Below are positions 1-10,143 of a DNA stretch of 64,000 nucleotides, one piece after another. A program made the position numbers and the translations under genes. The notes below the pieces were generated by a model. The model did no database searches and was not told where the DNA came from. It saw only the letters and a list, made by a program, of their open reading frames with translations. How positions within the stretch are numbered: position 1 is the first letter of the stretch; every line of letters starts with the position of its first letter. This DNA is from Candidatus Poribacteria bacterium (GTDB lineage Bacteria > Poribacteria > WGA-4E > WGA-3G), in NCBI GenBank assembly GCA_964291315.2, contig OZ219750.1, positions 480,001 to 544,000 of the forward strand. Direction: 5' to 3'.

Positions 1-288
1 CTGCTTCCTGAGCATTTTGACTCTATTAAACCCGGGGCTCTCAGTCAGGAGCAGCAAGGCCCCCTTGATGCTCAGGTTTACGCGCTGCTCCAAGCGTATG
101 TAGTCCAATACATGGAGTCAGAAGCAGCAACCGGTGAACTTTACGCTGAAATTCGCGCTACCTTTGAGAAACCGCTCTTTAAAATTGTGCTTGAGCACAC
201 CAAGGGAAATCGGAGTAGGGCGGCTGACTTCCTCGGTATTAACCGAAATACGCTCTATACAAAGTTGGTTGAGCATAAATTGGTTTAG
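1..288 (+). CDS. C-terminal part of a sigma54-dependent (NtrC/Fis-HTH) transcriptional activator, 5'-truncated by the window
   Basis: Not in ORF track. Frame 1 reads LLPEHF...FEKPLFKIVLEHTKGNRSRAADFLGINRNTLYTKLVEHKLV* (TAG 286-288), a typical Fis-type HTH. Confidence 0.85.
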   Translation: MLPEHFDSIKPGALSQEQQGPLDAQVYALLQAYVVQYMESEAATGELYAEIRATFEKPLFKIVLEHTKGNRSRAADFLGINRNTLYTKLVEHKLV

Positions 289-398
289 TTGCTTTCGGCA
301 GTTATAGTTCAAGAGTTTTAGCTAATATATAGCTTATAACCAACAACTGATAGCTATGCCGCAAATAAATTGAAGGACAGTAAGGAAAAATAAAACTA

Positions 399-701
399 AT
401 GGATTTAGGGAAAGTTATTGGTACTGTCGTTGCGACGCGAAAAGATCCGAGTTTGGAAGGCACACGTCTGCTGCTTGTGCAACCTTTAGATGAGAAATAT
501 GAGCCTATTTCTGAACCACTTGTGGCAGTCGATACCTTACATGACGCGGGTGTAGATGAAATCGTTTACATTGTTACCGGCGGCGATGCTGTCAGCATTA
601 CGCCAGGGAAACGGATGCCGGTAGATGTTGCCATTGTTGGAATTGTTGATTCGTTTTCTCTGCTTGAGGACACGGACTCGGGCTCAGAAGTGGAAAGTTG
701 A
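399..701 (+). CDS. EutN/CcmL family microcompartment vertex (BMC-P) protein
   Basis: MDLGKVIGTVVATRKDPSLEG.RLLLVQP...VAVD...AGVDEIV...GGDA...PVDVAIVGIVD matches the EutN/CcmL pattern. Confidence 0.93.
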   Translation: MDLGKVIGTVVATRKDPSLEGTRLLLVQPLDEKYEPISEPLVAVDTLHDAGVDEIVYIVTGGDAVSITPGKRMPVDVAIVGIVDSFSLLEDTDSGSEVES

Positions 702-704
702 AAA

Positions 705-992
705 ATGTACCTGGCGAAGGTAATCGGGAAAGTCGTTTCTGTCGTTAAACATCCTGCATATAAGAACCGGACTCTGCTGCTCATTCAGCCTCTGAGTTTG
801 AAGTCTCAACTTGTTCGCGCCCCGACGATTGCTGTTGACTATGTGGGGGCAGGTGAGGGAGACACGGTAATTGTAGGAGCGGGGCCCGGTGTAGCACAAG
901 AAGTTTTCGGTGTCGAAGATGCACCGATTCGTGAACTCATCATGGGCATTGTTGACCATTTTAATATGGCATCTCAGGAGGAAAAACAGTGA
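705..992 (+). CDS. EutN/CcmL family microcompartment vertex (BMC-P) protein, second paralog
   Basis: MYLAKVIGKVVSVVKHP...LLLIQP...AVDYVGAGEGDTV...PI..LIMGIVD. Confidence 0.93.
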   Translation: MYLAKVIGKVVSVVKHPAYKNRTLLLIQPLSLKSQLVRAPTIAVDYVGAGEGDTVIVGAGPGVAQEVFGVEDAPIRELIMGIVDHFNMASQEEKQ

Positions 993-1576
993 AACGTGTT
1001 ATTGCACTTTTGGGTTGTTTTCTATTGAGTTCTTTACTTTTCACTGCTTGCAGAGTAGCGCATGTGTTGTCAACACAATACAGTCAAAATATTGCGCAAG
1101 CCACCTATGGCACAGAGTCGAATCACCCGGGTATGAACGATGGAAATCTCCATACGCGCGCGACGCTTCCGGCGGAAAATGAACGGAACTTTGTTATCCG
1201 GTTTGCTGAGGTTTATCCGGTGCGGAAAATCATCGTTCACAATGGAAACCTCTTCCGTTTTGAAATGCAATACTTAAACGATGCGACTGGACGGTGGAAA
1301 ACTTTTGATACAGTTATCCAACGGCGGAATATTGGCGATGAACGCGCACAATCTGAATTTGTTTTTGATAAATTAAATTTTCAGACCCGGATGATTCGCA
1401 TCGCTGTCACTAGAACCATTGACGATGTGATTGTGAACAAGGTAATCGCTGAACCTGGAGATAGAGTTGTTAACCAGCGGAGAACCCTTGCGGGTCTTTA
1501 CTACCCGCACTACCGCGTCGTACAGCCCGCGATTGCTCAAATTCGGGAGATTGAGGTTTATCATCTTGCGAAGTAA
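989..1576 (+). CDS. Putative lipoprotein with discoidin/galactose-binding-like domain
   Basis: Signal peptide ending LFTAC; N.A...NDG...IRF...VRKIIVH...IREIEVY pattern; GTGA overlap with the upstream gene; paralog of 34129..34740. Confidence 0.6.
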   Translation: MKRVIALLGCFLLSSLLFTACRVAHVLSTQYSQNIAQATYGTESNHPGMNDGNLHTRATLPAENERNFVIRFAEVYPVRKIIVHNGNLFRFEMQYLNDATGRWKTFDTVIQRRNIGDERAQSEFVFDKLNFQTRMIRIAVTRTIDDVIVNKVIAEPGDRVVNQRRTLAGLYYPHYRVVQPAIAQIREIEVYHLAK

Positions 1577-1604
1577 CCATCAACTGGAGAGTCGACTGCT
1601 GAAA

Positions 1605-4600
1605 GTGAAAGAAGCAAACGTTCTGCTGGCTGATCATTGTCCGGTAAAGATTCGCGAGGTTATCTGCTTCGTATTTGTGGCACTCTTTTGCTTTTTTGAC
1701 GTATCCTTTTTTTTCCCTGCCTCTTTCGATCACTTCTATGGTCGTGCGGATGCGGCCCCGGTTTCATCAGATTCTCGGCGTGCTGGGTCTGCTGCCCGTG
1801 GAGGAGAAGTCCGAAGAGAGATTGAATGGGTGCGTACAACCTCGCAAGGCGTAACCATTCAGCTCCTCATTCCTGAGTCCGATTTTGAAGTAGGAATAGA
1901 GACAGATGCCCCTGGACAATCGCAGCTCCGCGCTGTTGAAGGTGAGGGGGTTTCCTTTCCCGGCTGTCGTTTCACCCTGCAACCTCCGTTTGCTTTTCGC
2001 TTCCCGGTTCAATCCACCCTTATCAGTGTACCCGCAGAATCGAATTTTCAGGTCCGGGTTGTTGATCAGGATTTTAGCACACGTAAGCTCCAAAACGTTA
2101 TCTCTGCTTCGACTTCAGCGCCGTACGGAGTGGCCAAATCAGACATCTCAAGATTAAAAACAGACCATTTTTTTCCGAGCGGTCTTGTAGAGACTAAACA
2201 AGCGGGGTGGATCCGTGAAAACCGGGTCCTCCCGATTCAGCTCAACCCTGTCCAATACAATCCTGTGCGCGGAGAAATACGGCTTTATCACAGGCTTGTC
2301 GTTGAGGTCCGTTTTATCCATTCTGTCGATATGATGTCTACACGGCGCGGTCCGCTAACGCTTGAATCTTCTGTTTATGATACAATTTTTGAAAGTCTGT
2401 TGGTTAATCCGCAAGATGTCCAGCAGTGGCGTGCTCCGATTGTCCGAATTGCGAAAGCCCCGAGCATTTCTTCAGTGGGGCCTCGCTGCAAACTCAGCGT
2501 TACGAAGGATGGAATGTATAGCGTTCCCGGACGGGATCTAGAAGCTATCGGCATTAGCATAGGTACTATTGCCCCGCGCACATTGGCGTTGACGAATAGA
2601 GGGAAACGGGTTCCGATCTTTGTCCGGGGCGAAAACGATGGCAGATTCGATGCGACAGATGAAATTATTTTCTACGGCGAGCGGCTCCATGGGGATACTA
2701 GTTATATTAATCCGTTTTCTGATGAGAACGTATATTGGCTTTCGTGGAACGCTGGCCCGGGGAGTCGGATGGGAACACGGGCATCTCTAGACGGAACGGT
2801 CAACGCTCAAGTCCATCAACACTTTCTCACCCGTGCACATTTTGAAAAGGATAACCACTTTAGACGGTTTCCGAATGCTAACTTGACGGCGGAGCAGAGG
2901 TATAGAGAATTTAGCCAGGGGCTACAGGAGCGTTGGTTTGTTTTGAGCCAGTTGCCTCCACTTCCAAGGGATAGTTGGTTCTGGGCGCAATTAACTGCAC
3001 CTACCTCGAAGCCGTTTGGTTTAACGCTTTCCGGTGTTACAGAAACTGCACTCCCGGCAACTATACGGATCGGATTTTACGGCAGATCCGAAACTGACCA
3101 TCAAGCCAGTGTGTGGCTAAACGATGAAGTCAAGCTTGGAGAAGCACTTTGGCGCGGTGAAGCCGAGTATCAACTTCAGGAACAACGTCCCCAATTTTTT
3201 CTCAAGAATGGGCGAAACGTCATTCGGATTATGAATCCAGAGAGTACTGAAGAACTCCTTGACATCATTATGCTCAACTGGATTCAGATTGACTATCGGC
3301 GGGATTTCCGGGCAAAAGCAGATGTGCTGCCGTTTGCGATCACGCCGTTTCCAGATGAGGCGGGGGTTGTAAATCCAAATTTTGAGGTGGTTTTAGATAA
3401 TTTCTCTACGCCTGACATCGAGGTTTATGGGATTGATGGGACGCGGTATGTCGGTTTGGCGCCTATAGTTGACCCGCAACAGCCTGGCACTTACCGGCTT
3501 CCATTCCGTTCAACCCAAATTCGGCCTAAGGACGTAGATGATCCTTCCATTCAGTATATAGCGCTCACGCGTAGCCAGTTCGAAAAGCCGAACATTTCTG
3601 TAGATACGCCGTCCGATTTGCGGAGTAGTCACAATGCTGCAGATTACATTATTATTACACATCGGAGTTTTCTTGAAGACGTTCAGCCGCTTGCTGATTT
3701 TCGCAGTCAACAAGGTATGCGTACTAAGGTCGTTGATATTCAAGATGTTTACGACGAGTTTAGTCACGGAATCCTGGATCCGAGTGCTATCCGTGAATTC
3801 CTCAGTTATGCTTACCATAATTGGCAGCCGCTAGCACCGACCTATGTTTTCCTCGTAGGAGACACACATATTGATCTTAAGAACCAAATTAATTTTGTGC
3901 CAACAACACAGGTGCAAATTCCAGGATATGGTGCCACAGCCAGCGACCATCAATTTGTCACTTTTCGAGGCACGGACAGTTTTCCAGATATGTTAATTGG
4001 GAGGATGCCGGCGAATAATCGTGTGGATGTTCGTATCTTTGTTGAGCGTACAATCAACTATGAAACGACTGCACCTGTCGGTCCGTGGCACAAACGGCTT
4101 CTCATGCTTGCGGGTTCAGATCTCAGGTTTCACTCACAAACCGACCGCCTTATTTCACAGAATCAGCTCAGCAGCAGATATGAAACTGAGCGTATCTATG
4201 CACCCCATACAGACGAACCGGATTTCGATGAACGTATCCGATCTCCTATCGCGAGGCGCGTTATTGACGGATTCAACTCCGGTGTTAGTCTTGTTAATTA
4301 TATCGGACACGGCGGCGGCGGTATTTGGTCGTCTAGTCGAATGCTGGACTTTGAAGATCCTGAACAGAACCTAACTAATATTTCACAGCTCCCGTTGATT
4401 ATCAGTATGACCTGTTTCACAGGTTCGTTTGATAGTGGGAAAAATAGTCTTGCTGAAGAGCTCCTCCGATCTGAGAACGGTGGGGCGATTGCAGTTATCG
4501 GGGCCACGAGTATCGGGTTGTTAGATGGAGATTATCTCCTTAACTTGGAGATTTTCGATGTTATTTTCAGGCAACGGACGCAACACATCGGAGCTATTCT

Positions 4601-6719
4601 CGCGAAAGCTAAAACTCAGTTTCTTATCAATTTCCCGGGGTATCTCGATCTAGCTGAAGTCTTTACACTTTTCGGGGACCCCGCAACCCGACTGAAACTG
4701 CCAAACAAACAGATAGAAGTTACAGTGAAGGTTGGTGCCTTGAGCGCGCAGGGGACCTTGTTGACTGTCTCTGGAACCCTGCCGGATCGCGCCTTTAGTG
4801 GAGATGCCGAAATTACTGTCGTTCCTTCAATAGAGGATGTGCTTGATCTACCGACGGAACACGAAAATGCCGCTGTCACCAACGGACAATTCACCACAGA
4901 AATAGAAGTTCCAGCAGGTATCGAATTTGATGTCGGTGATGTACAGGTTTACGCTTGGAATGCCGATGAAGATTTAATGGGGCATACCTCGTATAATCTT
5001 TTATCTCGATACGTGGATAATGTCCGTATTGCCCCCTATCCGGTTGAACCACATCAGCCTGTTCATCTTTACGCAGAGGTGGTGGATGCAAGCGGAATTG
5101 AAGCGTTGACTCTTTTTTGGAGTTGGGACGGTATCGAGTTTTTCACTATTCCTGTGAGTCGTCAGGTAGGCACGACTTATAGAAGTGAACAACCTATTCC
5201 CGGGTACCCTGAGGGCGACCTTATCGATTATTACTTAGAGGTGAAAGTAAAAGGTGGACGGACATTCCAAACGGAGACTGTGCTTTATGAGTTCGGAGAG
5301 GTTAGATCTGAGGTGGATCTCCTACTTTTGGACCAGACGATCGCCTGGAGCAGCACCCCACCGTTTAAGCTCTTAGCACAAATCCGTAATAGAGGCAGCG
5401 AAACTGCTCGAAATGTCCCTATCCGATTTTTTCTCGAAAGCGTGGTCCCTGGAACTGATACTTCTGTTGTAAATAGTGCTTCTGTTCCTACGCTTGAAAC
5501 CTTACAGAAAGCGACACCACTTGGCGACGTTCAAATCGTCCCCGAAATCTTGCCCGGTAACCAAGCAACTGTGAGCGTGCCGTGGCAACCTGTCCCTGGG
5601 GACTATCTCATCACGGTCTACGTAGATCCGCCCTCTGCTGATCTACCGCGAGGGAGTATCCTCGAACAACAAGAGCAGAATAATAGCGCAGTGCGGCGAT
5701 TCACCGGCAATAGGTTTTTTCTCACACCCGAAACCCTCGACTCACCGATCCACAGTCCAGATGGCAATTTCCGAGTTACTATTCCACCGCGGAACCTTCG
5801 AGGCCCGACTATACTAACATACTCGGAAGAAACTTTATCTGTTACGAAACAACCCGATATTACTATGGTTTCAGCGTCCATGCCACAGGTCGCTTATCGA
5901 CTGGATTTGAATGTGCAGACCGAGTTGATGGCCACCGTTAATTTTTTAAAAACAGCAAGCGACGATGCCTATATCTATAGGCGTGACGATGATACCGGTA
6001 ATTGGATTCGAGCGGGTGGTGAGGCTGCGGGTGGCGAGAATGTCTCTGTGGAGGTCAAACTACCGGGAATGTTCGCGCTGTTATCCCATAGCGATTCGAG
6101 TCCTCCTTCGGTTGAACTCACTTTTGAACATCAGGGTTTCGTTGATGGCGACTATGTTTCCGATACACCTGTTATCTCTGCACGGATTGAGGATGCCAAC
6201 GGTATTGATTCGCGCCCAGAACACATCCTTCTCACTAAAAATGGACAGCGCGTGCCGGAAGATGAATATACAATTGCTGCATCACCGACTAATAATAACC
6301 TATTGTTGGTGACCTATACACCTGTTTTGGAACCTGGTGAATATCGCATTCGGCTGCAGGCACAGGACGCAAACGGCAATGTGTCAGACACCGAGCGAGT
6401 AGGAAAGGTCGCGGGCGAATTTGAGATTGCAAACATCGCTAATTTCCCCAATCCATTTGCTCCGGGAAGCGGCACGCATTTCGCTTACTATCTCACGGAG
6501 AGTGCTGACGAGGTGAGTCTGAATATCTATACGATAACGGGGCGGCGTATCGCAGCGATCGATACCCTTGATGCTTCTGTTTCTTATAACGAATTCCACT
6601 ACGACGGGTATGATGCGGAGGGTGAACCGCTTGCGAACGGTGTTTATCTCTACAAATTTACGGCTCGTAAAGGTGATATCCGTAAACAGATGGTCGGTAA
6701 AATAGCGGTTCGGAAGTAG
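1605..6719 (+). CDS. C25 (gingipain/PorU-like) cysteine peptidase with propeptide, CARDB/Ig-like repeats and C-terminal FlgD-Ig/T9SS-type domain
   Basis: ADYIIITH, VDIQDVYDEFSHG, YVFLVGD, IGRMPA, NYIGHGG (His), SMTCFTGSF (Cys), LFGDPA; C-terminal NFPNPF...GEPLANGVYLY. Start moved from 1467 to in-frame GTG 1605, just after the upstream stop; start uncertain. Confidence 0.88.
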   Translation: MKEANVLLADHCPVKIREVICFVFVALFCFFDVSFFFPASFDHFYGRADAAPVSSDSRRAGSAARGGEVRREIEWVRTTSQGVTIQLLIPESDFEVGIETDAPGQSQLRAVEGEGVSFPGCRFTLQPPFAFRFPVQSTLISVPAESNFQVRVVDQDFSTRKLQNVISASTSAPYGVAKSDISRLKTDHFFPSGLVETKQAGWIRENRVLPIQLNPVQYNPVRGEIRLYHRLVVEVRFIHSVDMMSTRRGPLTLESSVYDTIFESLLVNPQDVQQWRAPIVRIAKAPSISSVGPRCKLSVTKDGMYSVPGRDLEAIGISIGTIAPRTLALTNRGKRVPIFVRGENDGRFDATDEIIFYGERLHGDTSYINPFSDENVYWLSWNAGPGSRMGTRASLDGTVNAQVHQHFLTRAHFEKDNHFRRFPNANLTAEQRYREFSQGLQERWFVLSQLPPLPRDSWFWAQLTAPTSKPFGLTLSGVTETALPATIRIGFYGRSETDHQASVWLNDEVKLGEALWRGEAEYQLQEQRPQFFLKNGRNVIRIMNPESTEELLDIIMLNWIQIDYRRDFRAKADVLPFAITPFPDEAGVVNPNFEVVLDNFSTPDIEVYGIDGTRYVGLAPIVDPQQPGTYRLPFRSTQIRPKDVDDPSIQYIALTRSQFEKPNISVDTPSDLRSSHNAADYIIITHRSFLEDVQPLADFRSQQGMRTKVVDIQDVYDEFSHGILDPSAIREFLSYAYHNWQPLAPTYVFLVGDTHIDLKNQINFVPTTQVQIPGYGATASDHQFVTFRGTDSFPDMLIGRMPANNRVDVRIFVERTINYETTAPVGPWHKRLLMLAGSDLRFHSQTDRLISQNQLSSRYETERIYAPHTDEPDFDERIRSPIARRVIDGFNSGVSLVNYIGHGGGGIWSSSRMLDFEDPEQNLTNISQLPLIISMTCFTGSFDSGKNSLAEELLRSENGGAIAVIGATSIGLLDGDYLLNLEIFDVIFRQRTQHIGAILAKAKTQFLINFPGYLDLAEVFTLFGDPATRLKLPNKQIEVTVKVGALSAQGTLLTVSGTLPDRAFSGDAEITVVPSIEDVLDLPTEHENAAVTNGQFTTEIEVPAGIEFDVGDVQVYAWNADEDLMGHTSYNLLSRYVDNVRIAPYPVEPHQPVHLYAEVVDASGIEALTLFWSWDGIEFFTIPVSRQVGTTYRSEQPIPGYPEGDLIDYYLEVKVKGGRTFQTETVLYEFGEVRSEVDLLLLDQTIAWSSTPPFKLLAQIRNRGSETARNVPIRFFLESVVPGTDTSVVNSASVPTLETLQKATPLGDVQIVPEILPGNQATVSVPWQPVPGDYLITVYVDPPSADLPRGSILEQQEQNNSAVRRFTGNRFFLTPETLDSPIHSPDGNFRVTIPPRNLRGPTILTYSEETLSVTKQPDITMVSASMPQVAYRLDLNVQTELMATVNFLKTASDDAYIYRRDDDTGNWIRAGGEAAGGENVSVEVKLPGMFALLSHSDSSPPSVELTFEHQGFVDGDYVSDTPVISARIEDANGIDSRPEHILLTKNGQRVPEDEYTIAASPTNNNLLLVTYTPVLEPGEYRIRLQAQDANGNVSDTERVGKVAGEFEIANIANFPNPFAPGSGTHFAYYLTESADEVSLNIYTITGRRIAAIDTLDASVSYNEFHYDGYDAEGEPLANGVYLYKFTARKGDIRKQMVGKIAVRK

Positions 6720-6858
6720 TTGTGATTTGAAAATTTGTCCGCGTTCTGTACCGGGCGTTTGGAAATATCACCTGCAGAACGGAGAAGGAAAGTGGTCTGC
6801 CTTTGGAGACGTTTTCAGCAGTGTTGGTGCAATTACAGTCGACATACAAAAAATGGGA

Positions 6859-7848
6859 TCACCCGCGCGCAAATACCAAAACATCGTAATCCTGCCCGTT
6901 GTATGCAAATTGATTTCTGAATCGCCCCTCACAATTAAACCTAGCAGTCTCTAAAATTGATGCCTTCTGATCGGAATTGCTATCAACGTAACATTGTACC
7001 TTCGCTTGAGGGAACTTCAACGCGGAGAGCAAGTCCGGAACGTAGTCTGCAAAATTTGGATGAAAAAAGAGGTCCAACACCGCAGAGGACGGTTTCCAGC
7101 GTTCGTCCCAACTGATAGTCGCCCATCCAACGATGGCACCGTCCCAGGTAACGATACATTTGGCATCGGTATAGATACCTTCAACTTCCAGATCGTGTTT
7201 GAAACTGAGGAAGCCTCCTTCAAGGTTGGTGGGCCCGTAGATGTTCCAGGTAAGACTCCGTAGTGTGTCGCCTCCAACAATTCCTGAGAGTGCAGTGACT
7301 TTTGGCCAGTCGTGCCATTCAACAGGTTTCGGCTCGGCAGCAGCGGGCGCGAAGTAGCATTCTTCAAAGCTTGAATTAACGTGATACTTCATAAATCCGG
7401 ATTCTGGAAACACGCTCTCAAATCCGAAGCTATGGTAGATGTGGTACGGATGGCTATTGTAACCTGTGCCGAGGTAGAGGGCGCGCCCGGTGCGCTGGCG
7501 GAAATCGTCCATCTGATATTCCATCACCGCTTTACATGCACCTTTCCTGCGTTGGTTCGGGAGCGTAAAGACGTGCCCCAAAATGCCGATGCCCTCATGT
7601 TCCACCGTCATAATGTTGGTAATCACATTTCCATTAAGTTTACCGACATAGAAACGGGTTTCTAACGCGTCAAGGACTTCTGTGACACACCGCTCAATAT
7701 GCCACTTATAGTTGCCGAGTTTATGTCCAAGGAATTGTTTCACTTCTTCGGCGTGAGACACATCGGGGGCAGCAATTACACCGATTTCCATCTGTTCTTT
7801 TGTTTTTAGTAGCGTTTCTCCGAGTTTATTGTACATAGTTGTCTCCAC
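6859..7848 (-). CDS. GNAT family N-acetyltransferase
   Basis: GHVFTLPNQRRKGAC acetyl-CoA motif; YHIYHSFGF. Confidence 0.75.
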   Translation of the reverse strand: METTMYNKLGETLLKTKEQMEIGVIAAPDVSHAEEVKQFLGHKLGNYKWHIERCVTEVLDALETRFYVGKLNGNVITNIMTVEHEGIGILGHVFTLPNQRRKGACKAVMEYQMDDFRQRTGRALYLGTGYNSHPYHIYHSFGFESVFPESGFMKYHVNSSFEECYFAPAAAEPKPVEWHDWPKVTALSGIVGGDTLRSLTWNIYGPTNLEGGFLSFKHDLEVEGIYTDAKCIVTWDGAIVGWATISWDERWKPSSAVLDLFFHPNFADYVPDLLSALKFPQAKVQCYVDSNSDQKASILETARFNCEGRFRNQFAYNGQDYDVLVFARG

Positions 7849-7888
7849 TCAATTTATTTTTGCTCATGACTATTTTCCAACTCCAAGT

Positions 7889-7912
7889 GTCGGTATTCGG
7901 AAAGGTGTCTAC
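7889..7912 (-). repeat. GTAG-type REP-like hairpin, family B (consensus ~GTAG-GTCGGCATTTCCnAATRCCGAC)
   Basis: Reverse strand reads gtagacacctttccgaataccgac. Degenerate relatives at 6751-6775(-), 9432-9456(+), 11157-11180(+), ~14625-14653(-), 39977-39995(+), 40150-40174(-). Confidence 0.5.
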
Positions 7913-8080
7913 AAAATGTTGTGAGCTTTAAAAAAATAAAATTGCAAATAATTTGAAAATATGATATACTAAAAAAATCTTGATGTCAAGTCTGAAGAGG
8001 CTTGTATTACATGGAGTAGTCGCTCATGTTTAAGACGGCGGTGCTGTGTTGGCACCCCTAAAGGGTCAGATGGAGGATCC

Positions 8081-8545
8081 ATGGAAACAGAACAGACACT
8101 GGTTCTGATTAAACCGGATGCAGTCCAACGCGGACTTATCGGTGAAGTTATTGCGCGCTATGAACGCAAGGGACTTAAGGTAGTGGGGATGAAGCTTCAG
8201 CAACTGTCCCGTGACACAGTAGAAGCTCTCTATTCTGTTCATCAGGGACGTGCTTTTTACGATGTGCTGGTTGAGTTTATGACTTCGGCTCCGAGCGTTG
8301 CTTTGGTTATTGAAGGACGGTCGGCTATAGAATTGGTACGCGTTATCAACGGAGATACCGATCCCACGACATCGCAACCGGGGACAATCCGAGGTGATTT
8401 CTCAGTGAATATCACGCATAATATTGTACACGCGTCGGATTCTGTAGAGAATGCCCGGCTTGAGCTCGAGATCGTGTTTGGAGCTGAGGCTCTCTGCAAA
8501 TATAAGCGAATGGACGAGTCGATCTTGCATCCTACAGTCGTCTAA
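8081..8545 (+). CDS. ndk: Nucleoside diphosphate kinase
   Basis: TLVLIKPDAVQRGLIGEVI, PGTIRGDF, NIVHASDS. Confidence 0.97.
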   Translation: METEQTLVLIKPDAVQRGLIGEVIARYERKGLKVVGMKLQQLSRDTVEALYSVHQGRAFYDVLVEFMTSAPSVALVIEGRSAIELVRVINGDTDPTTSQPGTIRGDFSVNITHNIVHASDSVENARLELEIVFGAEALCKYKRMDESILHPTVV

Positions 8546-8577
8546 TTTGGGCAAATAGAATGCTTTTTTAATCAATA

Positions 8578-8594
8578 TGCACAATTCCTGTGCA
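8578..8594. promoter_or_regulatory. Palindromic TGCAC-N7-GTGCA site (NtrC-box-like)
   Basis: tgcac aattcct gtgca, about 30 bp upstream of the NPCBM gene start. Confidence 0.35.
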
Positions 8595-8626
8595 AAAATA
8601 CGATAAACAGATGGAGGTTAACAAAA

Positions 8627-9403
8627 GTGAGATTTTTTTATATGTGTGTTTTGATCGCTGTGCTTCTCTTTGGGTTCGGCTTCAGTGTTTATGCCGCTAA
8701 GAGCGACTGCGAAAATTTGGATGGCGATGGCGCGAAACCTGTCAAGGAAGTGAATAAGGAAGGGGACGCTGTCCAGAACGATTATGATGAGGTCGTTGAA
8801 GAGGATGACCGGGAGGGTGTCACGTATCTTGCCTTGATTGGCGGTAGCCAACCCAAGCCAAATAAATGTGGGCTTATTCCTAAGAACGACGAAGGAGAGT
8901 GGACGGGCTGGGGCGGTCCCCTTGACACAGACAACGCTACTATCGGCGAGGGCGTTGGCACGCGTAACGAGATCGTCATCGGCGGGATCTATTTCGAACG
9001 CGGCATCGGTGCACATTCGATTGCTACGTTTGTCTACGATCTCAGCGGCGATAATTACCTTAAATTTGAAGGCTATGTCGGTATGTCAGATGAGAAGGAT
9101 CCTGCGGAATGTGGTCATGGCGGAAGCGGTGATTTCATTTTTAGCGTTGATGGGAAACAAACTTTCAAATCTGATACGCTTCAAGGCACGGACGGTGGAA
9201 AGAATGTTGATGCTGTCAAGGTCGAGTTTGACATTCCTGCAAACGCCAAGGAGCTTGAGATCGTCATGGGTGATGGCGGTGACGGAGCCGGCTGCGATCA
9301 TTCTGCGATTGGCGATGCTAAGCTCCTCAATGCTCAGGCACTTGCTGTTGAACCAGCGAACAAGCTTCCGACAATTTGGGGGCACCTGAAAGCGAGTTAT
9401 TAG
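8627..9403 (+). CDS. Secreted NPCBM/NEW2 carbohydrate-binding domain protein with C-terminal AVEPANKLPTIWGHLK motif
   Basis: Signal peptide; YFERGIGAHS...YDLSG..Y.KFEGYVG.SD...F.VDGK; GGAGG RBS. Confidence 0.82.
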   Translation: MRFFYMCVLIAVLLFGFGFSVYAAKSDCENLDGDGAKPVKEVNKEGDAVQNDYDEVVEEDDREGVTYLALIGGSQPKPNKCGLIPKNDEGEWTGWGGPLDTDNATIGEGVGTRNEIVIGGIYFERGIGAHSIATFVYDLSGDNYLKFEGYVGMSDEKDPAECGHGGSGDFIFSVDGKQTFKSDTLQGTDGGKNVDAVKVEFDIPANAKELEIVMGDGGDGAGCDHSAIGDAKLLNAQALAVEPANKLPTIWGHLKASY

Positions 9404-9511
9404 TATTTGTTTTTGGATCTATCCGTGTTCTGTAGGAGGGCTTTCCGAGTGCTGTTGGCTTTTGGAACTGCTTTTTACGGCTATACTTAAGAAACGAAAC
9501 TTACTATTGTA

Positions 9512-9717
9512 ACGTGATCTTGATAAAAGGGTTAGCGTTCACGGCTGCCCCTCGGTGGCTGCTGAAGTTCAGATCTGTTCAACAAATGCTTATGTCCCAC
9601 AGCTGATACGCTAGCAACGCAGAGTTGATATTCCGTTCGCGTTTCCTAAAGCTCCGAATTATACCAAGGCAGTCCTCTTTAGAGAAAGAAAATACGGATT
9701 ATTTATCAAGCTCGCGT
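9512..9717. mobile_element. MITE-like element 1 (TIR ACGTGATCTTGATAAA...TTTATCAAGCTCGCGT)
   Basis: Imperfect 16-bp TIRs flanked by near-identical 7-mers tattgta / tatcgta (putative TSD). Confidence 0.6.
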
Positions 9718-10143
9718 TATCGTAGGAAATATAGGGCGAAAGTAAAACCGTTTTGATTTGTTAGGCGTATCATTTATAATCTATGAAACCCATGAAAGAT
9801 TTGTCCACTCACACTTCAATCAAAATGTCAGAAGGGCTTGGCAAAGTGCACCGTGTTGGTTGCTCCTCCTCTGATCTAAGCCTTCCTGTTTTGTTGCTTT
9901 TTAGCAATTTTACCCCCCCCCACTACTTTACATTAGTTAGGTTTTTGGTTCATATATTTCTTCACCAAACTGCGTCAGTGTTTACTGCTGTCGCGGTTTT
10001 TTCGCGCCTGCTCGTGCCTTGCACGTTGCAGGCTATTTTTGTTGTCGCGTCGGGATTTTCCCGGTGCATGTTTCGCTGCTATCTTGCCTCTACAGGGCTT
10101 TGCACCTGCCGTGGCGGATGTACATGCGTATCTGTAACTTGTA

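Noticed and set aside
286-362. Loose 7-mer-like repeats (also ~19515-19590 and ~41740-41780)
   Set aside because: Too degenerate to define a unit by eye; likely decayed short tandem repeats.
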